64,000 nt of DNA. Origin: a virus (taxonomy: Duplodnaviria; Heunggongvirae; Uroviricota; Caudoviricetes). How positions within the stretch are numbered: the stretch's first letter is position 1; every line of letters begins with the position of its first letter. The stretch spans positions 69,905 to 133,904 of the IMG/VR virus record IMGVR_UViG_3300021399_000001; one strand, given 5' to 3'. Under the pieces are notes generated by a model. That model saw only the letters and a list, made by a program, of their open reading frames with translations, ran no database searches and was not told the origin of the DNA. Of this stretch, positions 51,709 to 60,908 are shown piece after piece. The translations under genes and the position numbers were made by a program.

Positions 51709-54525
51709 ATGTCTAAAAAATTAATTTCTGGAAAAAATTTAAAATATAAATCTTCTAATATTCAACGACAATTTAACTTTATGAATTTTGGTAATTTATA
51801 CTATTATCCAGGATTTAGTACAAATTTCTTTTACTTTAATTCTTTAATGTCTAATTATGAGAGAAACCCTCCAAATCCGATGTATGCTCAAAAAGCACAT
51901 ATAATAGGTTCAGGGGCTTTAACAAAATTGTCTAATATTCCAGGCATAGGAACACAACAAGAAGCGAAAAATACTTTTCTACTTGATCAAATAACACAAA
52001 TTTTAAGTATTTTAAATTTAGCTGTTGAACAAGAAAGAGCAAATGAACTAAAATTTATAGATGATAAAATAGCTATGTTAAGAAATAGTATAGATCCTAA
52101 ATATTATAAAAAAAATCAAGACCTTGCTGCTATTGAGCACTTACTTTCACAATTAAAATCAGATGATGGAAGTATAAATTATATGGCTTTGATAGCTTTA
52201 CTTAACACAATAGAACAAGGATTTGAAAATTCTAAAGGAATTTTTGAATTTGAAATGCAACACTTATTAGATTTAGATGTAGCTGTTAAAAAAAATAGAG
52301 CCGCATTAGAAAATCAAATAAGAGGTCTAATGAAAACAGAACGATTTCGAAATAAACCTTTAGAAGATCAAGAAACTATTGTCCAAAAGGCTCTAGAAAA
52401 AAGAAATAGAATAAGGGTAAATGCTTATTTAAAACAAGGACATTTAAAAAATATACCAAGTTTTAAAAAATATATGGCTAAAATGACAACCGCAGATTAT
52501 AAAATTGCTGATTGGATTTCAAAAGAAGTCCAAAATGTATTAGATAATAATTATAAGTTATGGGCAAATTTAATACAAGCTAACAATTTAACAAGAAACG
52601 GATATCAAACATTAACAGAACAAATTCGTTCAACAATTATTAATTCTGTCGCTGCTTTTGCGGCAGATCATCAAGCAGAAATTCTAAAAGACGCACTAGA
52701 TAAGTTAAACGTGGATGGATTTTGCAATGAATTAATTAATAGTTATAACATATCAATTAATACACAAATTAATAACGTTCCAGAAGATTTTGGTATTCAA
52801 GAAAATAAACTAAAATTATTCCAAGAACGAATTGCAGGTAATTTAAATACTTTTCATTCCGCAGAAGGAATTTATCAAGCTTTAGAAGAAGTTATGACAA
52901 AAATGAAAAGAAAATCTCAAGATTCTTACACACCAGAAGAACAACTAATAGATGCTACATTAGGAAAAAATACAGTTACAAATTTTTACGAAGATACAAT
53001 TGAACCCGTAAATAATTTAATAAAACAGTTTGAACGTATTATTGAATTAGAAAATAAGAATAAAGCTGCTGTTACGATAAATAGAAATAATGAAACTCGT
53101 GATCTCGAAGCTACGATCGTAATTGACGGCGAAAAAACAATCAAATGGAATTTAAGTGAACAATTTTCTCAAGCTCACTTAAATCTTTATCAACGCAATA
53201 ACGTTCCTAAAACATTTAAAAATATAGTAACTAATATGAAACGCGCGGCAGGTAAAAAAATTCGTGATGAAGTTGTCAACATAATCAGCGCTACTCATTC
53301 TCAAGCTGCACATGATTTAGAAAGAGATATGGCCCATGCATTACAACAAATTAAAGTAGTAGTAAAAGGACCAGACATTTCTGAAATACTTCAAGGATTT
53401 GATAAAACCTGGTCTATTAAATTATGGACAGGACAAGATTTGGTTAAAAACGATGTAATAGAAATTGTCGTGGGCATGCCAAATGGAAGACAAACAAGTA
53501 TGACAATAAATAATCTTTTAAAAAATAATTTAGATGCTATAAATTTTTCAAAATACAACAAGCATTTTTTTCAAGGGTACTCTGATGTTTTCCAGGAATT
53601 TCAATCACAATTCCAGCAAGCCATACAAAAAGATATGGTAGAAACTAGAAATTCTAAAGAATTTACTAAGTATGATGCTATGGCTAAACGTTTTTTTGAA
53701 ACACAAAAAATCAAAGAAGAAATGATACAAAAAATAGAAAATCTATACGGAGAATATGAACAAGAATTATCCAATAAAATTAAAGATGAGAAAAAACGTG
53801 ATGCAGCTATTAAAAACATTCGAGATGCTGCAATGAAATTTATTTCTTCCATTAAAGAAACACTTTATGTTAGCAGCACAATGAAAACTTATAGTACATA
53901 TCAAAATGATTTAGGATTCACCGGCGGCAGTTTAGGAGCAAATATTGATTCTCAAATAGATTCATTTGATCAAATATTTAGCGCGGCAGGTATTCCTATA
54001 GAACCATCTTTAAAAGAATGGTTAAAATTTGCCATATTAAATTGTTCGTCCGTTAGCGTAATTGGTGAAAGAAATAAAGATTTTATTGAAAATTATTTGG
54101 GTGGACTAGCTGTTTTTGCACTATTTAATGAAGGTGGTGCTGAGTTACAATTATTAGCACAACAATTGCCAAATCAAGAATTAATTACTACAAATAATGT
54201 TATGCATCTATATAGATTGAATGGCGTTTATTATCCTGGCTCTTTTGTCTTAAAACAAGTAATAAACAATTTAAATGCAGTATCTGAACAAATTAATCAA
54301 ATAAAATCATTATCCGCTAATAAAAATATAATGATTTATAACCCAGCTTCTTATTCAATGCTACCAAATGGAAAAAACTCAAAGCAACAAAACGTGACCG
54401 ATCCTTGGGGACAAGTTGGCAGCGAAGTAAGCAGCGGAGTAAAAATTAAAGTGCTATTCCTTGCAGGATTATTAGATGTTGTAAAAGGTCTGCATGCACA
54501 AATGAATTTTGAACTTCCAACTTAA
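51709..54525 (+). CDS. large K/N/Q-rich alpha-helical protein of unknown function (938 aa)
   Basis: Single long ORF with a coiled-coil-like composition. No recognisable catalytic motif. Confidence 0.5.
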   Translation: MSKKLISGKNLKYKSSNIQRQFNFMNFGNLYYYPGFSTNFFYFNSLMSNYERNPPNPMYAQKAHIIGSGALTKLSNIPGIGTQQEAKNTFLLDQITQILSILNLAVEQERANELKFIDDKIAMLRNSIDPKYYKKNQDLAAIEHLLSQLKSDDGSINYMALIALLNTIEQGFENSKGIFEFEMQHLLDLDVAVKKNRAALENQIRGLMKTERFRNKPLEDQETIVQKALEKRNRIRVNAYLKQGHLKNIPSFKKYMAKMTTADYKIADWISKEVQNVLDNNYKLWANLIQANNLTRNGYQTLTEQIRSTIINSVAAFAADHQAEILKDALDKLNVDGFCNELINSYNISINTQINNVPEDFGIQENKLKLFQERIAGNLNTFHSAEGIYQALEEVMTKMKRKSQDSYTPEEQLIDATLGKNTVTNFYEDTIEPVNNLIKQFERIIELENKNKAAVTINRNNETRDLEATIVIDGEKTIKWNLSEQFSQAHLNLYQRNNVPKTFKNIVTNMKRAAGKKIRDEVVNIISATHSQAAHDLERDMAHALQQIKVVVKGPDISEILQGFDKTWSIKLWTGQDLVKNDVIEIVVGMPNGRQTSMTINNLLKNNLDAINFSKYNKHFFQGYSDVFQEFQSQFQQAIQKDMVETRNSKEFTKYDAMAKRFFETQKIKEEMIQKIENLYGEYEQELSNKIKDEKKRDAAIKNIRDAAMKFISSIKETLYVSSTMKTYSTYQNDLGFTGGSLGANIDSQIDSFDQIFSAAGIPIEPSLKEWLKFAILNCSSVSVIGERNKDFIENYLGGLAVFALFNEGGAELQLLAQQLPNQELITTNNVMHLYRLNGVYYPGSFVLKQVINNLNAVSEQINQIKSLSANKNIMIYNPASYSMLPNGKNSKQQNVTDPWGQVGSEVSSGVKIKVLFLAGLLDVVKGLHAQMNFELPT

Positions 54526-54612
54526 CAAAATTATTAAGAAAACAGCTATATTTATTACTTATTATATGAGAAATGATTTTCATTTCATCTTATCCACGGA
54601 GGGGGAAGACCA

Positions 54613-55128
54613 ATGGGAATACAAGCCCAACAAATATGGGAGTGGATAGGTAAAAACTTATGGCAAATAATTGTTCTTGGCTCTTTATTTATTCAAATTG
54701 CTCCCATAAAAATAAATCCTTGGTCTGCCTTAGTCAAATGGATTGGAAAATTAATTACCGGTGATGCGTGCACAAAAATTGATGGCTTAGTCGAAAAAGT
54801 AAATAAAATTGATGGATTAGTCCAATCGGTAAATAATCTTAAAACCGACATAAACAATATCAATCAAGAAGTAATGACAAATGAAAAAGATCGTATACGC
54901 TGGGAAATTTTAGATTTTGCTAATTCATGTCATAATGGCAGAAAACACACTCGTGATGAATATCGGCATATAGATAAATTAAATCATAAGTATATTCAAC
55001 TATTAGAACAAACCGATGACAGTAATGGTGAGTTTGAAGCTGAATATGATTATATTAAAGAACTATACGCAGAACGTATTCGTAAAAATGATTTCTTAGA
55101 AAACAGGGAGGGAATATCAAATGACTAA
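54613..55128 (+). CDS. XhlA-like membrane protein (possible lysis accessory)
   Basis: RBS GGAGGGGGAAGACCA. N-terminal TM segment WIGKNLWQIIVLGSLFIQIAPIKINPWS followed by a coiled coil. Immediately upstream of a holin-like gene. Confidence 0.35.
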   Translation: MGIQAQQIWEWIGKNLWQIIVLGSLFIQIAPIKINPWSALVKWIGKLITGDACTKIDGLVEKVNKIDGLVQSVNNLKTDINNINQEVMTNEKDRIRWEILDFANSCHNGRKHTRDEYRHIDKLNHKYIQLLEQTDDSNGEFEAEYDYIKELYAERIRKNDFLENREGISND

Positions 55129-55330
55129 TTTTAAACAATGGATCGCAGCCGCAGGCGTTCGCGCGCTAAAAACTGTCGCTCAAACAGCAGTAGCAACTAT
55201 AGGTACTAGCGCTGTTATTTCAGAAGTTAATTGGGTAATGGTAGCATCTGCTTCTGTACTCGCAGGCATATTAAGTTTATTAACTAGTATTGCTGGCTTA
55301 CCAGAACTAAAAGAAAAGGAAGAAGCTTAA
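55121..55330 (+). CDS. holin (LL-H-like small two-TM protein)
   Basis: 69 aa. KQWIAAAGVRALKTVAQTAVATIGTSAV followed by a second TM segment and a charged C-terminus KEKEEA. Confidence 0.5.
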   Translation: MTNFKQWIAAAGVRALKTVAQTAVATIGTSAVISEVNWVMVASASVLAGILSLLTSIAGLPELKEKEEA

Positions 55331-55352
55331 TGCTTCTTCCTTGACTTTTTTT
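55322..55352 (+). terminator. rho-independent terminator fused to the next promoter
   Basis: GGAAGAAGC-ttaat-GCTTCTTCC stem followed by TTGACTTTTTTTAT. Confidence 0.65.
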
Positions 55353-55369
55353 ATATTTTATTATATAAT
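55341..55369 (+). promoter_or_regulatory. consensus promoter copy 18 (upstream of the RNase H operon)
   Basis: TTGACT, 17-nt spacer, TATAAT. Confidence 0.6.
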
Positions 55370-55396
55370 ATTATTATAAGAAAAGGAGGATATTCT

Positions 55397-55897
55397 GTGG
55401 AAAAGCGTAGTAAAGAAAAAATTATACCACTCGAAATTTATACTGATGGTTCATTAAAGAAAATGGGACAGCAATCTACATTTGGTGGTTGGGCTTTTTA
55501 TGCGCTAAGAGAAGGAAACGACTTTTATCATAAATCTGGAAGCGTTCCAATGACTACTAACCAACGCATGGAATTAAAAGCTATTCTTGAAGCATTAAAG
55601 TATGCACAGAATATCCGCCAAAAAGGTGAAAAAGTAATTATTTATAGTGATTCTGCTTATGCCATTAATTGCTATAATCAAGAATGGTATAATAATTGGC
55701 GAACCAATGGATGGCAAAATTCTAAAAAGCAGCCAGTAGCAAACCAAGATTTATGGATAGAAATTGTGCCTTTCTTTGATAATTTTTGGTATGATTTCCG
55801 AAAAGTTGAGGGGCATGCTGGTAATTACTGGAATGAGCGTTGTGACCAACTTGCCCAATTAGAAGCAGAAACGCTAAAAATACATTGGCGAGGTTAA
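55397..55897 (+). CDS. rnhA: ribonuclease HI
   Basis: GTG start after AAAAGGAGGATATTCT. IYTDGS, TNQRMELKAILEAL, IYSDSAYAIN and GHAGNYWNERCDQLA are the RNase H catalytic motifs. Confidence 0.75.
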   Translation: MEKRSKEKIIPLEIYTDGSLKKMGQQSTFGGWAFYALREGNDFYHKSGSVPMTTNQRMELKAILEALKYAQNIRQKGEKVIIYSDSAYAINCYNQEWYNNWRTNGWQNSKKQPVANQDLWIEIVPFFDNFWYDFRKVEGHAGNYWNERCDQLAQLEAETLKIHWRG

Positions 55898-55898
55898 T

Positions 55899-56240
55899 AT
55901 GGATACTAGTATTTATGAAGTAACACGAGAAGATTATAAAGGTTTTGTAAACCAAATTAAACCTGAATGTCGTGACGTAAAGATTGAGAAAATCGGCGAA
56001 ACTCATGTCGCGGCTAAAATTTATAGTAAAAAGACTGGGAAATGTCTCTGTAGTAGAGTAGCATATTCTGCTGATTATGGAGACCCAGACCCAGAGCGCT
56101 ATTACATTTTTGAAATGCCCGACAATGATGAACGTTGCGCCGCTATTCCAGTGCAGCGTATCACGCTCACTTCAAAAGAAGAAGTTCAAGCATTTTTTGA
56201 TGCAGTAAAGAAATTACAAGAGGAACAAAGCAATGGTTGA
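55899..56240 (+). CDS. hypothetical protein
   Basis: 113-aa ORF in an operon with the RNase H gene. Confidence 0.45.
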   Translation: MDTSIYEVTREDYKGFVNQIKPECRDVKIEKIGETHVAAKIYSKKTGKCLCSRVAYSADYGDPDPERYYIFEMPDNDERCAAIPVQRITLTSKEEVQAFFDAVKKLQEEQSNG

Positions 56241-56445
56241 ATTATTTCCTAACGTGCCTCAATACATAAGAGATTTAGCAAAATATTGGGTTGACTTAGC
56301 ACTAAAACAAAAAAATATTTTTGAAGGTGTAAAAATGGTATCCGATTTTGCTAATTCTTGTATTAATGAAGAGGATAAAGAATTTGTTGATTTTTATTTT
56401 AGATTAAGATTGGAGCAATTAAAGAATGAAAATAATAATGATTAG
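56233..56445 (+). CDS. hypothetical protein
   Basis: 70-aa ORF with overlapping start. Confidence 0.4.
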   Translation: MVELFPNVPQYIRDLAKYWVDLALKQKNIFEGVKMVSDFANSCINEEDKEFVDFYFRLRLEQLKNENNND

Positions 56446-57004
56446 CGGGAAAAGCATGTCCGGTAAAGACACCGTGGCAAATATTATGAAAAGAAATCTA
56501 GAGAATGCTGGAAAGCGTGTATTAATTATGCACTTTGCAGATTTAGTTAAATATTATGCAACACAATACTTTAATTGGAATGGTGAAAAGGATGAAGCAG
56601 GCCGCAGTCTATTACAAGAAATTGGAACAACTGTTATGCGCGGCCGTTACCCAGAGTATTGGGCTGAAATTATTGGAAAATTTATTGACGCCTATACTAT
56701 TCCAGAGCATAGTTTTTTTGATTACATTCTAATTCCTGATTGGCGTTTTATAAATGAATATGAAATTGTTTATGATTATGCTGCCATTCAAAATAATAAA
56801 ACAATTACTATTCGTGTAATAAGACATGATGAAAATGGCTTAGAGTGGGAAAATCCCAACATGACCACTGACCAATTGAAACACATCAGTGAGTGTGAAC
56901 TTGATAATTTCGCATTTAACTGGATTATAGAGAATTGTAAGGGACTTGAAGATCTAGAAGGTAGCGTAGATGAAATTCTAAAAGAGGAGCATTTTTATGA
57001 TTGA
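56426..57004 (+). CDS. P-loop deoxynucleoside monophosphate kinase (T4 gp1-like)
   Basis: MKIIMISGKSMSGKDTVA Walker A at the N-terminus, as in the T4 dNMP kinase. Confidence 0.55.
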   Translation: MKIIMISGKSMSGKDTVANIMKRNLENAGKRVLIMHFADLVKYYATQYFNWNGEKDEAGRSLLQEIGTTVMRGRYPEYWAEIIGKFIDAYTIPEHSFFDYILIPDWRFINEYEIVYDYAAIQNNKTITIRVIRHDENGLEWENPNMTTDQLKHISECELDNFAFNWIIENCKGLEDLEGSVDEILKEEHFYD

Positions 57005-58124
57005 CTATTTCACTAGTGAACCAATGCGCTATTGGGCGCCCGCGAGTTCTATGTCTCCCGCTGTTAAACGCCAGCATCTTGAACAAATGATTGCAAGCGG
57101 TCAATATATCTGGAGCCGCAAGTATGATGGAAACTGGTCACGAGCAGTTATTACACCAGAACGCAATGCTCTTCAAACTCGCGGCATTAGTAAGAAAACT
57201 GGCACTTATGGCGAAATTCAAAATAAAATTTTCTTTTGGGAAGATGTAGTAAATGCGTTCACTGACACTACGGTGATACTCGGTGAAGTTTATCTTCCCG
57301 GCGGCATTGATAAAGATGTAGGTTCTATTCTACGTTGTTTAGACCCTAAGGCTCAGGCTCGACAAAAAGATAAGAAACTTGAATGGCGTATTTTTGATAT
57401 ACTTGCTCTAAACGGAAAAGATATGATGAATACTGCTGTAGAAGAACGTGTAAAATTTATTCCAGAAGTAGTAAGAATGATAAATAGCCCACTCGTTACT
57501 GGAATTGAATATCATTATATGGACGAAGATTTCTTTGATGATTTAAATAATATTTTTTCTGAAGGCGGCGAAGGTGCTGTTTGTTATAAACGTTCTTCTA
57601 TTTATATTCCAGGGAAGCGTGGTCCTTCTGCTTGGGACACTTGTAAAGTAAAGCAAGAAATTTCCGCAGATGTAGATTGTTTCATTACTGGTATTGAACC
57701 AGCTGTACGCGATTATACCGGAAAGGATATTGGTTCATGGAATCTATGGGAAGATGAACGTAGCGGCGAAAAAATAACTGGTGAATTGTACGGCGAATAT
57801 CGTAATGGTAGAGCTATTCGTCCAGTATCTAAAGGATACTTTTATGGATGGCCCGGCGCTATTTATACCAGTGTGTACGACGATAGTGGCAATATTATTC
57901 CATTATGTAAAGTCGCTGGTTTAACAGAAGATTTCAAAACTGAACTTCGTGATAATTTTGATGAATGGTATATGTGCCCGCTAACTATTGGCGGAATGAT
58001 GGTTTCAACGGCTCAAGCAGAAAGTGATGGAACTGGTATTTCAATTCGCCACCCTTATATAAAGAGTATTAGAAAGGATGACATCAATCCAAAAGATTGT
58101 ACATTGTCAAAAATTCTTTCTTAA
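56997..58124 (+). CDS. ATP-dependent DNA (or RNA) ligase, small phage type
   Basis: Motif I SRKYDGNW (KxDG), motif III ILGEVYLPGG, motif IV GEGAVCYK, motif V CKVKQEISADVDCFITG. 375 aa. Confidence 0.6.
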   Translation: MIDYFTSEPMRYWAPASSMSPAVKRQHLEQMIASGQYIWSRKYDGNWSRAVITPERNALQTRGISKKTGTYGEIQNKIFFWEDVVNAFTDTTVILGEVYLPGGIDKDVGSILRCLDPKAQARQKDKKLEWRIFDILALNGKDMMNTAVEERVKFIPEVVRMINSPLVTGIEYHYMDEDFFDDLNNIFSEGGEGAVCYKRSSIYIPGKRGPSAWDTCKVKQEISADVDCFITGIEPAVRDYTGKDIGSWNLWEDERSGEKITGELYGEYRNGRAIRPVSKGYFYGWPGAIYTSVYDDSGNIIPLCKVAGLTEDFKTELRDNFDEWYMCPLTIGGMMVSTAQAESDGTGISIRHPYIKSIRKDDINPKDCTLSKILS

Positions 58125-58166
58125 TATAAATAAATAAGTTGTCCCTCCGACAACGAGGAGGATTAA

Positions 58167-58763
58167 ATGAGCGACCTAGAATTTTTGGGCTTTGCTAACG
58201 ATGTTAGCACTTTAGACCCAGTTATGTATCAATATTTTAATCAACTCTTAAATAAAAGAACTATTATTTTAAATTCAGAAATTGATGAAAGTATTTTAGA
58301 AACAGTAGTTCTTCCACTAAAAGACTTTGAAAATGATAAGGATGATACTCCAATTACATTAATTTTAAATACTCCAGGCGGTTCAGTAGCAGATGGGCTT
58401 ATGTTATGCAATGTTATAGATAACTATAAGCACCCATTAGAAATTATTGTCCCCTCATATTCTTGTAGTATGGGAACAATTATATTATGCTCTGGAAACA
58501 AAAATCCAAACATTACAAAAAAAGCTTACCCATTTTCATTTGCTTTATTCCATAGCGGCCAAACTTATGTTGGCGGCGAGTCAACTTCGGTAGATGATGT
58601 AATTGATTTTAATCGCGCAGTTGATAATAAAATTCGCGATTATGTAGTCAAAAATACTAATATCTCTGAAGAACTGTATGCGGCTCATCATAGAAAACAG
58701 TGGTATCTTACCGCTGAAGAAATGCTACAGTATGGATTAATAGATGAAATTATTGGGGCGTGA
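58167..58763 (+). CDS. ClpP-like serine protease subunit
   Basis: NTPGGSVADGL, SYSCSMGTIIL (catalytic Ser), FALFHSG (His), LTAEEMLQYGLIDEII. Confidence 0.65.
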   Translation: MSDLEFLGFANDVSTLDPVMYQYFNQLLNKRTIILNSEIDESILETVVLPLKDFENDKDDTPITLILNTPGGSVADGLMLCNVIDNYKHPLEIIVPSYSCSMGTIILCSGNKNPNITKKAYPFSFALFHSGQTYVGGESTSVDDVIDFNRAVDNKIRDYVVKNTNISEELYAAHHRKQWYLTAEEMLQYGLIDEIIGA

Positions 58764-60012
58764 TAATGTGATTAATTTTCTTGATACTTCTGCTATTTTA
58801 AATGGAGCATTAGATTTATATGATAATATTTATATTAGTCCATTAGCCATAGCGGAATTAGAGAATATAAAAACCTCTATTCATAAAGATGATAATCTCA
58901 AGTATAAAGCGCGACAAGCTGTCCGTGCCATACTTTCCAATAAAAAAATAAAAGTTCTACCCGTTTCACAGAAGCAGGTAGATAAAATTTTTAAAGAATA
59001 TCCCTTCCTAATGGATATTAATGACCACTATTTATTATGCGAAGCGGTAGCCATTAATAGAAAAAAGGCGCATGTGAATTTCGTAACAAGTGATGGCGCA
59101 TTATATGAAATGGCGCAATATTTAGAATTACAGGAAGTTACATATTTAAATGAACCAGAACAAGAACAAGTTAAAGATGCATTTTATTGTGGTTATGGAA
59201 AGTATTATCCAACAGATGATGAACTTATAACTCTATACTCAGAAGGACTAAATAAAAACGTATTAAACGCAAAAGTAAATGAATATTGCGAAATATTTGA
59301 CAAAGAAGGTAATTTAGCTGATATATTACGATGGGATGGTAAATCATATCAAAGATTACGTTATACAAATATTGAAAATAAAACATTAGGTATAAAAGTT
59401 TCCCCACGTAATTTAAATCAAAAAATGATGTTTGATTTATTACAAAATCCAAATATTCCAATTAAACTTATTACTGGTGTTTATGGTAGTGGCAAAGATT
59501 ATTGTGCACTTATACATGCACTAAATTTAATTGAAAAAGGAAAGAAAAATAAGCTAGTATTTGTCCGTAATCTAATTGATTTAAAAGATACTCCGCAGAT
59601 TGGTTTCCTTCCAAATGATATAGAACAGAAAATTGGTTGGGGACTTGGGCCTATAAAAGATATTTTAGGCGGCGATGAAGCGCTTGAAATCTTTACCTCT
59701 CAAGATCAAATCGAAGCTGTAAATTTAGGTTTTTGCCGCGGGCGCAGCTGGGAAAATGCGATTATCTACGTTACTGAAGGACAGAATCTTACAAGTTCTC
59801 AAATAAAATTATTAATTTCTCGTCTAGGTGAGGGCTCTGAAATTATTATTAATGGCGACTATCACGGTCAGGTTGATAAAGAAATTTTTGAAAAGGATAA
59901 CGGAATAAAAGCAATGCAAAAAAAGTTAGTTGGTCAAACTATGTTTGGGTGCATTGATTTAATTAAAACAGAAAGAAGCAAAATGGCTGAATTAGCCACA
60001 TTATTAGATTGA
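58744..60012 (+). CDS. PIN domain + PhoH-like ATPase (PhoH2/YlaK type)
   Basis: N-terminus NFLDTSAILNG...ISPLAIAELE is a PIN domain. C-terminus ITGVYGSGKDY (Walker A)...IINGDYHGQVD is PhoH-like. Confidence 0.65.
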   Translation: MKLLGRDNVINFLDTSAILNGALDLYDNIYISPLAIAELENIKTSIHKDDNLKYKARQAVRAILSNKKIKVLPVSQKQVDKIFKEYPFLMDINDHYLLCEAVAINRKKAHVNFVTSDGALYEMAQYLELQEVTYLNEPEQEQVKDAFYCGYGKYYPTDDELITLYSEGLNKNVLNAKVNEYCEIFDKEGNLADILRWDGKSYQRLRYTNIENKTLGIKVSPRNLNQKMMFDLLQNPNIPIKLITGVYGSGKDYCALIHALNLIEKGKKNKLVFVRNLIDLKDTPQIGFLPNDIEQKIGWGLGPIKDILGGDEALEIFTSQDQIEAVNLGFCRGRSWENAIIYVTEGQNLTSSQIKLLISRLGEGSEIIINGDYHGQVDKEIFEKDNGIKAMQKKLVGQTMFGCIDLIKTERSKMAELATLLD

Positions 60013-60039
60013 GGGAGAGAAATCTCCCTCTTTTTATTT
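60011..60039 (+). terminator. rho-independent terminator
   Basis: GAGGGAGA-gaaa-TCTCCCTC stem followed by TTTTTATTTTT, running into the next -35. Confidence 0.7.
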
Positions 60040-60068
60040 TTGACTTTTTTCAGATTTTATGGTATAAT
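60040..60068 (+). promoter_or_regulatory. consensus promoter copy 19
   Basis: TTGACT, 17-nt spacer, TGGTATAAT. Confidence 0.6.
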
Positions 60069-60138
60069 AAAAGAAAAAAGGAGTAAAGTATGGGCCAATA
60101 TTTTGAAGAAAATTGGTATTGGATTAAAGGAGGATTTT

Positions 60139-60255
60139 ATGAATAGTCCTTGTGTTAAGTGCAACCCTAAAAAAGAAGATTGTTATAAATGGTCTACTTG
60201 TTTTAAGCGAAAATTATGGGTTAAAATTTGTAAAATTTTTGGAGGTATAATATGA
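60139..60255 (+). CDS. small Cys-rich protein (38 aa)
   Basis: ATG-60139 after TAAAGGAGGATTTT. ORF track 60040 starts inside the promoter TTGACT. An 18-codon uORF at 60090 has a strong RBS. Confidence 0.35.
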   Translation: MNSPCVKCNPKKEDCYKWSTCFKRKLWVKICKIFGGII

Positions 60256-60908
60256 AAAATGAAAAGCCACTTGGTTATCTAGGCGGAGACATTATGACTT
60301 TTGGAAGCAATCTTGCGCGTGAATACGAATACGAGCAATTTAAAAAGGCAGAAATTCCAGGAGAAGTATATTCGCCCGTTCAAAACAAATCAATTAATGA
60401 TAAATCAAATATGACAGAAGAAGAAAACAATGTACTCGCAGAGAAGATTGTTGCTGCTGATGTAGAGCGTTTATGGAATAGTGACTATACTGTGCTTTGT
60501 CCAGAACAATCCGCCATTGGCACTATGTGTGAAATGGGGATTTTATATGGTTGGAAATATATGCTTGAACATATCGCTGATGAAGCCAAGGAAAAGTTCT
60601 GGCAAAAATATAATAATGATGAAACAGCACAAAGAATAGATTCTAATTATAGAAACATGACTCAAGAAGAAAAAGCATATATGTATGATTGCTTTTATGA
60701 AGTTATGAATAAACAATGGCAAAAACAAAATTATGCTCATTATTTTGATATTCGCACTAATCATCTAAATGAAAAAGATTGGCGTCGTAGTTTTTCTATA
60801 AATCAATTTTTGTATGGAATTATTCTCGCGGCAACTGCCGATGGAACTTTACATAATTCATTTGATGAAATTTTACCAATTTTGAAGGAGAAATATAAAG
60901 ATGAATGA
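60252..60908 (+). CDS. nucleoside 2-deoxyribosyltransferase-like protein
   Basis: PLGYLGGDIMT...YSPV and GTMCEMGILYG (putative nucleophile Glu) fit the NDT fold pattern. Confidence 0.45.
   Translation: MKNEKPLGYLGGDIMTFGSNLAREYEYEQFKKAEIPGEVYSPVQNKSINDKSNMTEEENNVLAEKIVAADVERLWNSDYTVLCPEQSAIGTMCEMGILYGWKYMLEHIADEAKEKFWQKYNNDETAQRIDSNYRNMTQEEKAYMYDCFYEVMNKQWQKQNYAHYFDIRTNHLNEKDWRRSFSINQFLYGIILAATADGTLHNSFDEILPILKEKYKDE

Noticed and set aside
60040-60138. ORF-track start of the 60040-60255 ORF
   Set aside because: The start codon lies inside the promoter -35 (TTGACT). An internal ATG at 60139 has a proper AAGGAGG RBS.
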